Shown here one piece after another: positions 27,981-37,230 of a DNA stretch of 64,000 nucleotides. The stretch's first letter is position 1, and each line of letters starts with the position of its first letter. Under the pieces are notes generated by a model. That model worked only from the letters and a program-made list of their open reading frames with translations. It was not told the origin of the DNA and did no database searches. The stretch covers positions 135,933 to 199,932 of the forward strand of contig CAKOOU010000001.1 in the NCBI GenBank assembly GCA_934098455.1, given 5' to 3'. Made by a program: the position numbers and the translations under genes. Source of the stretch: an uncultured Bacilli bacterium (GTDB lineage Bacteria > Bacillota_I > Bacilli_A > RF39 > UBA660).

Positions 27981-30900
27981 ATGTATAAAATAAAAGATGG
28001 AAATACAGCATGCGCTGACGTAGCATATAGATTTAGTGAAATGAGTTTTATATATCCAATAACACCATCTAGCCCAATGGCAAGCGAAATTGAAGAATTA
28101 AAGAATAAAGGTGTTCCTAATTTTTTTAACTCTAAAACAGATGTTATAGAAATGCAAAGTGAAGCAGGTGCAGCAGGAGCAATGCATGGCGCTTTATTAA
28201 CAGGAAGTTTATGTTCTACATTTACAGCAAGTCAAGGATTACTTTTAATGATACCAAATATGTATAAAATAGCAGGTGAAATGTTACCATGTGTAATACA
28301 TGTTGCTTCACGTAGTTTAGCAACTCATGCATTAAGTATATTAGGAGACCACCAAGATATTTACGCAACAAGACAAACTGGATTCTGTATGTTAGCATCA
28401 AACAACGTACAAGAAGCACAAGACCTTGCTTGTGTAGCACATTTATCTACAATAAGTACATCAATACCATTTTTACATTTCTTTGATGGATTTAGAACAA
28501 GTCATGAACTGAATAAAATAAAAGAAATAGATTTTGATAAAGTAAAACGATTAATTGAAAGAGATAAGATAACTGATTTTAAAAACATTTCATTACATCC
28601 AGATAATATAATAACAAGAGGAACAGCTCAAAATGAAGATATATATTTTGAATGTACTGAAGCAAGAAATAAATTTTATGATATTGTACCAACTATTGTA
28701 GAAAAATATATGAATGAAATAAATGAAATACAAGGAACAAATTATAAACCATTTAATTATTATGGAAAAGAAAATGCAGAGAATGTAATAATAGCAATGG
28801 GTTCAGTTTGTGATACTATAAAATTAGTTGTTGATAAATTAGATAATGCTGGATTAATAGAAGTACATTTATATAGACCATTTAGTGAATTCCATTTAGA
28901 AAGAGCTTTACCTAGCTCAGTTAAAAATGTTGCTGTATTAGATAAGACAAATGAAGCAGGAAGTATAGGATCTCCATTATATTTAGATGTATTAGCGGCA
29001 TTAAAAGACAGAAACGTAAATATTGTAGGAGGAAGATATGGATTGTCAGGAAAAAATACAACTCCAAATGATATTTATAATGTATATAAAATGTTAGAAA
29101 CAGATTTAAAAGATAATTTTACATTAAGTATAAAAGATGACTTGAATAATACATCACTTAAAAACTATAATTATAATTTAGATTTAGATTGTGATGAAAT
29201 TAAAATTTACGGATACGGTTCAGACGGAAGTGTAGGAGCAAGTAAAGATTTATTAAAAATAATAGGTAATGAGAAATACGTACAAGGATATTTTGAATAT
29301 GATTCAAAAAAAAGTGGAGGACTAACAATTTCTCATATAAGAATAAGCAATAAAAAAATAGAAGCTCCATTTTATACAACAAAACCAAATATAATTGTAA
29401 TAACAAAAGAAAACTATTTATATAAATATGATGTATTAGAACAATCAAACTATAATAGCATACTAATAATAAATACAAACAAAGAAGATAATATTTTAAA
29501 TAAATTACTACCAAATAATATAAAAGAAACTATAAAAGAAAAAAATATAAAAGTATATAAGATAGATGCAAATGATATATCATCTAAAAGTGGTATTCCA
29601 GGTAGAATAGGCATAATAATAGAAAAAATAATATTAGAAAATTTAAATATAGATAATTATAAAAATAAATTAATAGATTTAATTAATAAAAGATTTAGTG
29701 CAAAAGGAAATAGTATAGTAGAAGCAAATATAAGAGCAATAGAAAATACTAAATTAGAATTAGTTAATATAGATGATGAAATAAATGAAGAAAATAATAG
29801 ATATCAAACTATTATAGAAAAAATAAATTGTGGAAAAGGTAGTAGTTTATCCACAAAAGAATTACTAGCTCTATCATCAGGTATATTAAAAGGTGGAAAT
29901 ACTAAATATGAAAAACGTGCATTATCTCCTTTAGCAGCAAATTGGATTAGTGAAAACTGTATACAATGTGGTATGTGTAGTATAGTTTGTCCTCACGCTG
30001 TTATAAGACCAATCATTGGTGGACCAGATGAATTAGAACATATAAAATGTATTGGAAGCGATGAAAACTATTCAGTATTAATTAGTAAAGAAGACTGTAC
30101 TGGATGTGGATTATGTACTAAAATTTGCCCTGGCAAATTAGGAAAAAGTGCTTTGGAATTAAAAGAAATGAAACCTACTTCAAAATTAGAAAAAGAAGTA
30201 TTTAATAATCATATTAATAAAACAAATTTACCTATAACAAGTATAAAAGGAAGTCAATATCAAAAATCATTATTTGAATTTTCAGGTGCTTGTGCTGGTT
30301 GTGGAGAAACCCCTTATATAAAACTTCTAACACAATTATTCGGACACAAACTTATAATAGCAAACGCTACAGGTTGCTCTAGTATATATGGTGCATCTTG
30401 TCCTAGTACTCCATATAATATTCCATGGGCTAATAGTCTATTTGAAGATAATGCAGAATTTGGATTAGGAATGTTAAAATCTTATACACAAAAAAGAAAT
30501 GAAATAGAACAAATAATGTTAAAAGATAAAGATAATGAATTATATAAAGAATGGTTAAATAATAAAGACGATTACAAAATAACATCTGTTATTAAAAGTA
30601 AATTAGAAAACACTAACTTCAATAAAGATTTAATAAATTACATTACATCAAGAAGTATATGGTGTATTGGAGGAGATGGTTGGGCTTATGATATAGGCTT
30701 CGGAGGAATAGACCAAGTACTTTCATCAAATGAAAATATAAATATATTAGTATTAGATACTGAAGTATATTCAAACACTGGAGGCCAGTCATCAAAATCA
30801 ACAAAATTAGGTGCAGTAGCAAAATTTGCAACAAACGGAAAGCATACTTATAAAAAAGATTTATTCAAAATTGCAACTACATATGATAATGTTTATGTTG

Positions 30901-31274
30901 CAAGTATAAGTTTAAAAGCAAATCCAATGCAAGCAATTAAATCAATGATAGAAGCGGAAAATCATAATGGTCCATCTATAATCATTGCTTACGCTCCATG
31001 TATTGAACATGGTATAAACGGTGGTTTAGTAAATTCTATAGAAGAAGAAAAATTATCTGTAGAATGCGGATACAATATACTTATGAGATACAAAGATAAT
31101 AAATTAACAATAGATTCTAAAGAACCAAATTTTGATAAATATGAAGAATATTTAAATAATGAAGTTAGATATAATTCATTAAAAAAGAAAAATGAAAAAG
31201 AAGCAGAATCTTTATTAGAAAATCAAAAAAATAACGCAATGAAACGATATAATTATTACAAAAATTTATTATAA
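27981..31274 (+). CDS. nifJ: Pyruvate:ferredoxin (flavodoxin) oxidoreductase, single-polypeptide type
   Basis: It has two 4Fe-4S motifs (CIQCGMCSIVCPH, CTGCGLCTKICPG) and the TPP motif GGDGWAYDIGFGG. It is 1097 aa. Confidence 0.93.
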   Translation: MYKIKDGNTACADVAYRFSEMSFIYPITPSSPMASEIEELKNKGVPNFFNSKTDVIEMQSEAGAAGAMHGALLTGSLCSTFTASQGLLLMIPNMYKIAGEMLPCVIHVASRSLATHALSILGDHQDIYATRQTGFCMLASNNVQEAQDLACVAHLSTISTSIPFLHFFDGFRTSHELNKIKEIDFDKVKRLIERDKITDFKNISLHPDNIITRGTAQNEDIYFECTEARNKFYDIVPTIVEKYMNEINEIQGTNYKPFNYYGKENAENVIIAMGSVCDTIKLVVDKLDNAGLIEVHLYRPFSEFHLERALPSSVKNVAVLDKTNEAGSIGSPLYLDVLAALKDRNVNIVGGRYGLSGKNTTPNDIYNVYKMLETDLKDNFTLSIKDDLNNTSLKNYNYNLDLDCDEIKIYGYGSDGSVGASKDLLKIIGNEKYVQGYFEYDSKKSGGLTISHIRISNKKIEAPFYTTKPNIIVITKENYLYKYDVLEQSNYNSILIINTNKEDNILNKLLPNNIKETIKEKNIKVYKIDANDISSKSGIPGRIGIIIEKIILENLNIDNYKNKLIDLINKRFSAKGNSIVEANIRAIENTKLELVNIDDEINEENNRYQTIIEKINCGKGSSLSTKELLALSSGILKGGNTKYEKRALSPLAANWISENCIQCGMCSIVCPHAVIRPIIGGPDELEHIKCIGSDENYSVLISKEDCTGCGLCTKICPGKLGKSALELKEMKPTSKLEKEVFNNHINKTNLPITSIKGSQYQKSLFEFSGACAGCGETPYIKLLTQLFGHKLIIANATGCSSIYGASCPSTPYNIPWANSLFEDNAEFGLGMLKSYTQKRNEIEQIMLKDKDNELYKEWLNNKDDYKITSVIKSKLENTNFNKDLINYITSRSIWCIGGDGWAYDIGFGGIDQVLSSNENINILVLDTEVYSNTGGQSSKSTKLGAVAKFATNGKHTYKKDLFKIATTYDNVYVASISLKANPMQAIKSMIEAENHNGPSIIIAYAPCIEHGINGGLVNSIEEEKLSVECGYNILMRYKDNKLTIDSKEPNFDKYEEYLNNEVRYNSLKKKNEKEAESLLENQKNNAMKRYNYYKNLL

Positions 31275-31370
31275 AAAAAAGAAGCTGCCCCCCTGAGAAC
31301 AGCTTCAAAGAATAAAAAGGGGTTGGCTAGTGTGATACTAGCACCAATTCGCTCATAAAGTGAATTGGTA
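31273..31370 (-). ncRNA. Candidate ~100-nt sRNA with unpaired C-rich stretch (RsaE/RoxS-like flavour only)
   Basis: On the minus strand, TTGACA (31405-31400) is separated by N17 from TAGTAT (31382-31377). Two hairpins follow (CCAATTC..GAATTGG, GCTAGT..ACTAGC), then single-stranded CAACCCCTTTTTATTC. The terminator GAAGCTG..CAGCTTC is followed by T8 (plus-strand A8 31273-31280). Confidence 0.4.
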
Positions 31371-31457
31371 CTTCATATACTAATCGATTTCTTAAAATTT
31401 GTCAACACTTTTTATGACATTTTTAACAAATTTGATAAAAAAATTTTAGGAGGTAAT

Positions 31458-33443
31458 ATGGAACTAGAAAATATACCAAAAATAGGTAATAAAACATTAA
31501 ATGATTTACACAAATTAAATATATTTACTATAAATGATTTAATTAATTTTTATCCATATAGATATAACTTTTATAATCCAACTGATATTAATAACACACA
31601 AGATAATATCACAATAACTATAAATGGAATTATAGAATCAACTCCTAAAATAGTATTTATAAAAAGAAACTTAAATTATTTAACATTTAGAGTAATATCA
31701 TCAAACAAATTAATTAATGTAACTATTTTTAATAGAGCATTTATGAAAAACAATTTAATAGTAGGAAAAAGTATATGTTTAACAGGTAAGTATAATATGG
31801 AAAAAAATTTATTCACAGCATCAAATATATTATTAAAACCAATAATGAGTACAATAATAGAACCCATATATCATTTAAAAGGTAATTTAAAAAATAAAAA
31901 TTTAAATAATTTAATATTAGATATACTTAATAAAAATGAATATAATAATACTTTACCAGAATATATAGTAGATAAATATAATTTATTAGATGAATATAAT
32001 TCTTTAAAAGAAATACATAATCCACAAAATATAAACATTTTAAAAAAAGCAAATTTAACTTTAATATACAAAGAATTATTTGACTTTATGTTTAAAATAA
32101 ATTATTTAAGATTAAAAAGAAGTACTAACGAAATAAATATAGTAAAAGATTTTGATGTAGATAAATTAAATGAATTAATAAACAATCTACCATTTGAATT
32201 AACCAAAGACCAACTAAATGCAATAGATGACATTACAAATGATTTTAAATCAAATAAAAGAATGAATAGAATAATAATTGGAGATGTTGGTAGTGGTAAG
32301 ACAATAGTTTCTTTTATAGCAATATATGCAAACTACTTAGCAGGATATCAATCTGCACTTTTAGCACCAACAGAAATTTTAGCAAAGCAACATTATGATA
32401 ATATAAAAAATATATTAAATATTAAAGTAGAATTATTAACATCCTCTACAAAGAAAAAAGATAGAGAAAATATAATAAATAAATTAAAAAATAATGAATT
32501 AGATTGTATCATAGGAACACATTCAATAATAAATGAAGAAATAGAATTTAATAATTTAGGATTAGTTATAACAGATGAACAACATAGATTTGGTGTAAAT
32601 CAAAGAAAAAATCTACAAAATAAAGGAGAAAGTGTTGATGTACTATATATGTCAGCAACTCCAATACCAAGAACTTATGCACTAACAATATATGGAGATA
32701 TGGATATTTCTGAAATAAAAACTAAACCAAGTGGAAGAAAAGAAGTAATAACAAAATTATATAAAGAATCAGAATTAAAAGATGCTCTTAAAATAATGCT
32801 AAATGAAATAAAGAAAGGTCATCAAATATATGTGGTATCTCCATTAGTAGAAGAAAATGATGATAAAAATTTATATGATGTAGAAAAACTAAGAGATAAA
32901 TTAAATATAGCATTTAATAATATGGTTCCAATAGATATATTACATGGTAAATTAAAGAATAAAGATAAAGAAGAAATAATGAATAATTTTAAAGATGGCA
33001 ATACAAAAATACTTATATCAACTACTGTTATAGAAGTAGGAGTAGATGTAAAAAATGCAACATGTATAGTAATATTTAATGCAGAAAGATTTGGATTGTC
33101 TACATTACATCAATTAAGAGGAAGAGTAGGAAGAAATGACTTTATATCATATTGTTTATTAATAAGTAATTATGAAAAAGAAAGATTAAATGTATTAACA
33201 GAATCAACAGATGGATTTTATATTTCAGAAAAAGATTTCGAATTACGTGGGAGTGGAAATTTATTTGGTACTAAACAAAGTGGAGAAATGGACTTTAAAC
33301 TAGCTAATATAAAAAGAGATATTAAGATATTAAAACAATGTAATATAGATTCAAAAGAATTTATAGATAACAATATAAACGATAATTTTAATAATTATAA
33401 TTATTACAAAAATATATTAGAAGAATTAAAATTTATTGATTAA
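31458..33443 (+). CDS. recG: ATP-dependent DNA helicase RecG
   Basis: It has helicase motif I GDVGSGKT, motif II DEQHRFG, and QLRGRVGR. The start is at ATG 31458 after AGGAGG, so the ORF-track upstream extension was rejected. Confidence 0.93.
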   Translation: MELENIPKIGNKTLNDLHKLNIFTINDLINFYPYRYNFYNPTDINNTQDNITITINGIIESTPKIVFIKRNLNYLTFRVISSNKLINVTIFNRAFMKNNLIVGKSICLTGKYNMEKNLFTASNILLKPIMSTIIEPIYHLKGNLKNKNLNNLILDILNKNEYNNTLPEYIVDKYNLLDEYNSLKEIHNPQNINILKKANLTLIYKELFDFMFKINYLRLKRSTNEINIVKDFDVDKLNELINNLPFELTKDQLNAIDDITNDFKSNKRMNRIIIGDVGSGKTIVSFIAIYANYLAGYQSALLAPTEILAKQHYDNIKNILNIKVELLTSSTKKKDRENIINKLKNNELDCIIGTHSIINEEIEFNNLGLVITDEQHRFGVNQRKNLQNKGESVDVLYMSATPIPRTYALTIYGDMDISEIKTKPSGRKEVITKLYKESELKDALKIMLNEIKKGHQIYVVSPLVEENDDKNLYDVEKLRDKLNIAFNNMVPIDILHGKLKNKDKEEIMNNFKDGNTKILISTTVIEVGVDVKNATCIVIFNAERFGLSTLHQLRGRVGRNDFISYCLLISNYEKERLNVLTESTDGFYISEKDFELRGSGNLFGTKQSGEMDFKLANIKRDIKILKQCNIDSKEFIDNNINDNFNNYNYYKNILEELKFID

Positions 33444-33513
33444 TTTACATAATTTCCAATTTTTGTAAAATTAATAATTGACAAAGAATTTATTTAATTA
33501 TAAAATGATTATA

Positions 33514-33614
33514 GGCATGATATTATATCATGCAGATTCGGATAACGATATTGTAGTTAGACGGATCAACCAAAACCCCCTGAAAGATAGGTCGAAAGAC
33601 CTATCGCTTTTTTT
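33514..33614 (+). ncRNA. Candidate ~100-nt sRNA with C-rich single-stranded seed before its terminator
   Basis: TTGACA (33478-33483) is separated by N17 from TAAAAT (33501-33506). The hairpin GCATGATATTATATCATGC (33515-33533) follows, then CAACCAAAACCCCCTGAAAG. The terminator GATAGGTCGAAAGACCTATC (33586-33605) is followed by T7. No ORF is present. Confidence 0.4.
33570..33614 (+). repeat. attL-like core (direct repeat with 42870-42906)
   Basis: It consists of CCAAAACCCCCTGAA plus a GAAA-loop hairpin and a T-run. The same architecture and 14 of 15 identical core bases occur at 42870. Confidence 0.55.
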
Positions 33615-33774
33615 ATGCCAATGTTTATAAGGGGTTGTAGGACATTTTGCAATTTTACCAAAATTCTTGGGAACAATTTGGAAACGAATTTTATTAAAAT
33701 AGCTTTATAAATTTAATGGATATTACTGACTTTTTAGACAAAATTTGATATAATTTAAGTAATAAAAAGGAAGC

Positions 33775-33819
33775 GCTAGTACAGGCTTATTTTATAAGTT
33801 TTTGTATTGGTATTTTTTT
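33775..33819 (+). terminator. Leader hairpin + U7 between promoter and KAP NTPase gene (copy 1)
   Basis: GCTAGTACAGGCTTAT..ATAAGTTTTTGTATTGGT is followed by TTTTTTT. It lies downstream of the extended -10 TGATATAAT (33746-33754) and 22 nt upstream of the start codon. The second copy is at 44369. Confidence 0.5.
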
Positions 33820-33841
33820 GTAGTAAGGAAGTGTTGTTAAT

Positions 33842-36340
33842 ATGAAAAAATATACAAAAAGGTTTTTAGATATTTTTGATTTTAAAAATTTATTATTTGA
33901 ATCTATAATATTAAGTTTTATTATAGTGTTTGTTGATGCTCTTAATCTACCAACATTAATGGTTCAAAATAATTGCCTGTTTTTATTGATTTTAGTCTTA
34001 ATATTTTTTGCCGTTAAGATTATATCCGTTAATAATTTTAAATTGACCTTGACTAAGAATTTAAATACAGTAGATAGATCTATATTTATTTATAGTATCT
34101 CGATACTTATTTTAATTATATATGTATTAGGATTTGATTTAAAAGCATATAAATTAATAGTATTAAGTGTATTAAGTTTATTGTTAATTGCTATTTATGT
34201 GTTTAGAATAATTAAAACAAATCAAAGACATGAAGATTTAGAATTTAATATTTTAGATTTGCAATATGTTTGTAAAAATAAAATTGAATTAAGTAATAAA
34301 AAAATTGCATTATTAGAAGAAAAAGATGTAGATTATGATCTTTTAAATAAGAAAGATGTAATTAATCAATTGTATAATACAATTATAAATTGTTATCCAG
34401 AAAATAATTTTACAATAGGTTTGAATGGTAAATGGGGAAATGGAAAAACAACTATAATTAATAATGTCTTGAGAATAATAGAACAAAATGGTTTATTGGA
34501 TCACTATGTAATTGTTAAATTTGATCCATGGAAATACGATGATGAAAAAAATATATTACAATCTTTTTTGAATGAAATTTTAAATAAAATTGATTATGAT
34601 TTAGATATAGAAAAAGACAATTTTTTGATTCAAAATGTAATTGATTTAGTATTTGAGTCTAAACTAAGTGGACTAAATAAAATATTTTACAATGAAATAA
34701 AAAAAATAAAAAGTAAAGTTCAAATTTCTGAAGTGGTAAATGACTATTTATTAAGTAATAACAAAAAGTTATTAGTTATATTTGATAATTTAGATAGAAT
34801 AGATGCAGAAAAGGCATTTTTCTTAATTAAATGCGTTGAATCCATTGTGCAATTTAAAAATACAATCAATATATTGTTGTATGAAGAAAAAATTTTAAAT
34901 AGATTATTAAAAGAAAAGTTTAATTATGAAGAAAGATATATGGAAAAACTTGTTCAATTAAAAATTGATGTTCCAGAAACTGATATTTATACAATTAACA
35001 AAGTAAAAAAACAAATTACAAAAAATATGTTAATTAATGGAGAAACTTTTATAGAATTTATAAACGATGAACAATATGATTTTAAAAATATAAGAGAATT
35101 AAAAAGGTATATAAATTCTATAATTTCATCTAATTTAGGTTCGAATTCATATCTTAACAAAAATGATGATTCTAATTTAAAATATATTAAATCTGTTTGT
35201 CCTGAACTTTATTATGAAATTTGGAATAATAAAAATTATTTTATAACTTATGACAGGCAATATATTATGGAAATATATACTTGGGATTATAAACGTTTAA
35301 ATAAAGATGCTAAAATCTATTTTAAAGATTTGTTAAGCAAAAATGATTTTAAAAATTATAGTACTTATTTAGAAAAAATGTTTCCAAGTGTAAAAAATTA
35401 TTTGAAAGAAATAAATCCGTTTGAAGAACATGCAAATTTAGAAGAATATAATAATAGCATTATATATAACAAGATTTGTAATGCTAGATATTTTGATTTG
35501 TATTTTACTCGTGAAGAAAATGATTTTATAAGAATTAATAGAGAAGTGGAAAAAATTATTGATATTATTAACAATAAATCAGATTTTGAAGAAGAATTTT
35601 TAAATTTAATAAAATCTTTTAATATGGATGAATTAAAGGTTTTTTGTGAGGTATTAAATATTAATACAAATAAATTGAATAGGGAGAAAAATTTGGATTT
35701 AATAATAGTGTTATATAATTTAAATTTATTCTTTTACGATCGTGTATTATTTTTTGAATTAGATTCATGGAAAAGAGTTAATATTATTATTGCTGACTTA
35801 TTATCAAAAATATCAAAAGAAGAATTTGAAAAGTTTAAGAAACTTTCATGTAAAAATTATAAAAATTTAAAATTAATAAGTAATATTAAATATTGGGTTG
35901 AAAATAATAAAAAGAAAAATATTGTTTATAATTTTGAATTTGAAGAATTATATGATGAATTGTGTGCAAACATATTAACGAATAAAATAAATTTATATTT
36001 AAAGAAAAATTATTCTAGAGGTAATATATGGTCGTTGTTTCATTATGATAATGAAGAGACAAAAAAATATGTTAGTGATATTGTTGATGAAAACAATATA
36101 TATGATTTTATAAGTGACATTATATCAATATCAGTTGGAACTAGAAAATTTGGATATCATATCGATTTAGAAAATATAAAAGCAATTGCTCCTAATGTAG
36201 ATATTGATAAACTGATACAAAATCATGTAAAGCCATTATCTAATAGAGAAGAATTTATTAAAAAAGTTTATGAATTTTCTAAACTTGAAAATAAAGGTTT
36301 TGATGATGCAATATATGTAGATGAATATGTAGAAATATAA
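33842..36340 (+). CDS. KAP-family P-loop NTPase with N-terminal multi-TM region
   Basis: It has ~4 hydrophobic helices in the first ~125 aa. Next come Walker A GLNGKWGNGKTT, the KAP-typical VKFDPWKYD, and Walker B LLVIFDNLDR. A long alpha-helical C-terminal region follows. Confidence 0.85.
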   Translation: MKKYTKRFLDIFDFKNLLFESIILSFIIVFVDALNLPTLMVQNNCLFLLILVLIFFAVKIISVNNFKLTLTKNLNTVDRSIFIYSISILILIIYVLGFDLKAYKLIVLSVLSLLLIAIYVFRIIKTNQRHEDLEFNILDLQYVCKNKIELSNKKIALLEEKDVDYDLLNKKDVINQLYNTIINCYPENNFTIGLNGKWGNGKTTIINNVLRIIEQNGLLDHYVIVKFDPWKYDDEKNILQSFLNEILNKIDYDLDIEKDNFLIQNVIDLVFESKLSGLNKIFYNEIKKIKSKVQISEVVNDYLLSNNKKLLVIFDNLDRIDAEKAFFLIKCVESIVQFKNTINILLYEEKILNRLLKEKFNYEERYMEKLVQLKIDVPETDIYTINKVKKQITKNMLINGETFIEFINDEQYDFKNIRELKRYINSIISSNLGSNSYLNKNDDSNLKYIKSVCPELYYEIWNNKNYFITYDRQYIMEIYTWDYKRLNKDAKIYFKDLLSKNDFKNYSTYLEKMFPSVKNYLKEINPFEEHANLEEYNNSIIYNKICNARYFDLYFTREENDFIRINREVEKIIDIINNKSDFEEEFLNLIKSFNMDELKVFCEVLNINTNKLNREKNLDLIIVLYNLNLFFYDRVLFFELDSWKRVNIIIADLLSKISKEEFEKFKKLSCKNYKNLKLISNIKYWVENNKKKNIVYNFEFEELYDELCANILTNKINLYLKKNYSRGNIWSLFHYDNEETKKYVSDIVDENNIYDFISDIISISVGTRKFGYHIDLENIKAIAPNVDIDKLIQNHVKPLSNREEFIKKVYEFSKLENKGFDDAIYVDEYVEI

Positions 36341-36357
36341 AAGTAACCGATGAAAAT

Positions 36358-36745
36358 TAATCATCGGTTTTGTTATCTTCTAAAGTATCTATAACATTTA
36401 TTATTTCATCTAATGTACTAATAAATAAATGTGAATATGTTTTTAATGTTTCTTCTATTTTAGTGTGCCCTAAATATTTAGACTCTACTTGAATATTAGC
36501 ACCTTTATTAATTAATAGTTATGCACAGGAATGCCTGAAATCATGTAATCTAATTTGTTTAACTCCTGCTTTTTCACAATTAGTATTTTTACAATCGGTA
36601 AGAGCATTACTACTTATAGGAAATGCATCTCCAGCACCAAAATAATTTTCATTAAAACCATTTAATTGTTTAGCCTCTAATTTAGCCTTTTTAAGCCTAT
36701 TTACGAGTATTTCAAGCATCTTTAAGGTTCTACTAATACTATTTT
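36358..36745 (-). pseudogene. Tyrosine recombinase (phage integrase) remnant: 5'-truncated with in-frame TAA
   Basis: The minus frame reads ...KAGVKQIRLHDFRHSCA*LLINKGANIQVESKYLGHTKIEETLKTYSHLF.... The HxxR, LGH and catalytic Tyr blocks are present. A stop codon lies at 36519-36521, and the N-terminal half, including the first Arg box, is absent. Confidence 0.8.
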
Positions 36746-36751
36746 GAGTTT

Positions 36752-36997
36752 TTGGCACCACAAAGAGAACAGATAAAGAAAAGAGATAAATATTTATGTC
36801 AGGTATGTTTGAAAGATAACATCTACGCATATAACAACTTACAAGTACATCATATAATTCCAATAGAAAAAGATAATGATAGAAAATTAGATAGTAATAA
36901 TTTAATTACATTATGTTCTTATCATCATAAACAAGCAGAAATGAATAAGATAACAGTAGAAGAATTATCTAATTTAATAGACACCCCCGGAGAGTAG
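36752..36997 (+). pseudogene. Phage-type HNH endonuclease fragment (5'-truncated)
   Basis: It reads REQIKKRDKYLCQVC...VHHIIPIEKDNDRKLDSNNLITLCSYHHKQAE. There is only a TTG start and no RBS. It abuts the truncated integrase back to back. Confidence 0.6.
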
Positions 36998-37230
36998 ATA
37001 GTTGGAAAATATATTTTTTCCCCACCCACAGCCCGCCTACATTCACACAATTATAAGTTTTCAGTGAGTTTTTTGGAAAATAAAAAATAGGGTATAAGTT
37101 AAATTAAAACCCGTACTCTATTTTTTTTATTTCTAAAGGATTTTCGTTAGTGATAAGTAAAGCGTATTTTATTTTTAGTAATTTATATATTTCGGCTTTT
37201 ACTTGTTCACATCTTCACCAAATAAGTTAA

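Noticed and set aside
31365-31457. Upstream extension of recG in the ORF track (start at 31365)
   Set aside because: The strong AGGAGG lies just before ATG 31458, where the typical RecG N-terminus begins. The extension overlaps the predicted minus-strand sRNA promoter.
33615-33700. Minus-strand frame reading LFPRILVKLQNVLQPLINIGIKKAIGLSTYLSGGFG across the attL region
   Set aside because: It has no ATG or GTG start and no RBS. The similarity to the right end is at the DNA level (arm repeats), not protein-coding.
36519-36863. 114-aa minus-strand ORF treated as an intact gene
   Set aside because: Only its C-terminal ~70 aa are integrase-like. The N-terminal part is the reverse frame of the HNH fragment, and the integrase homology continues past its stop codon. 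It is therefore called a pseudogene instead.
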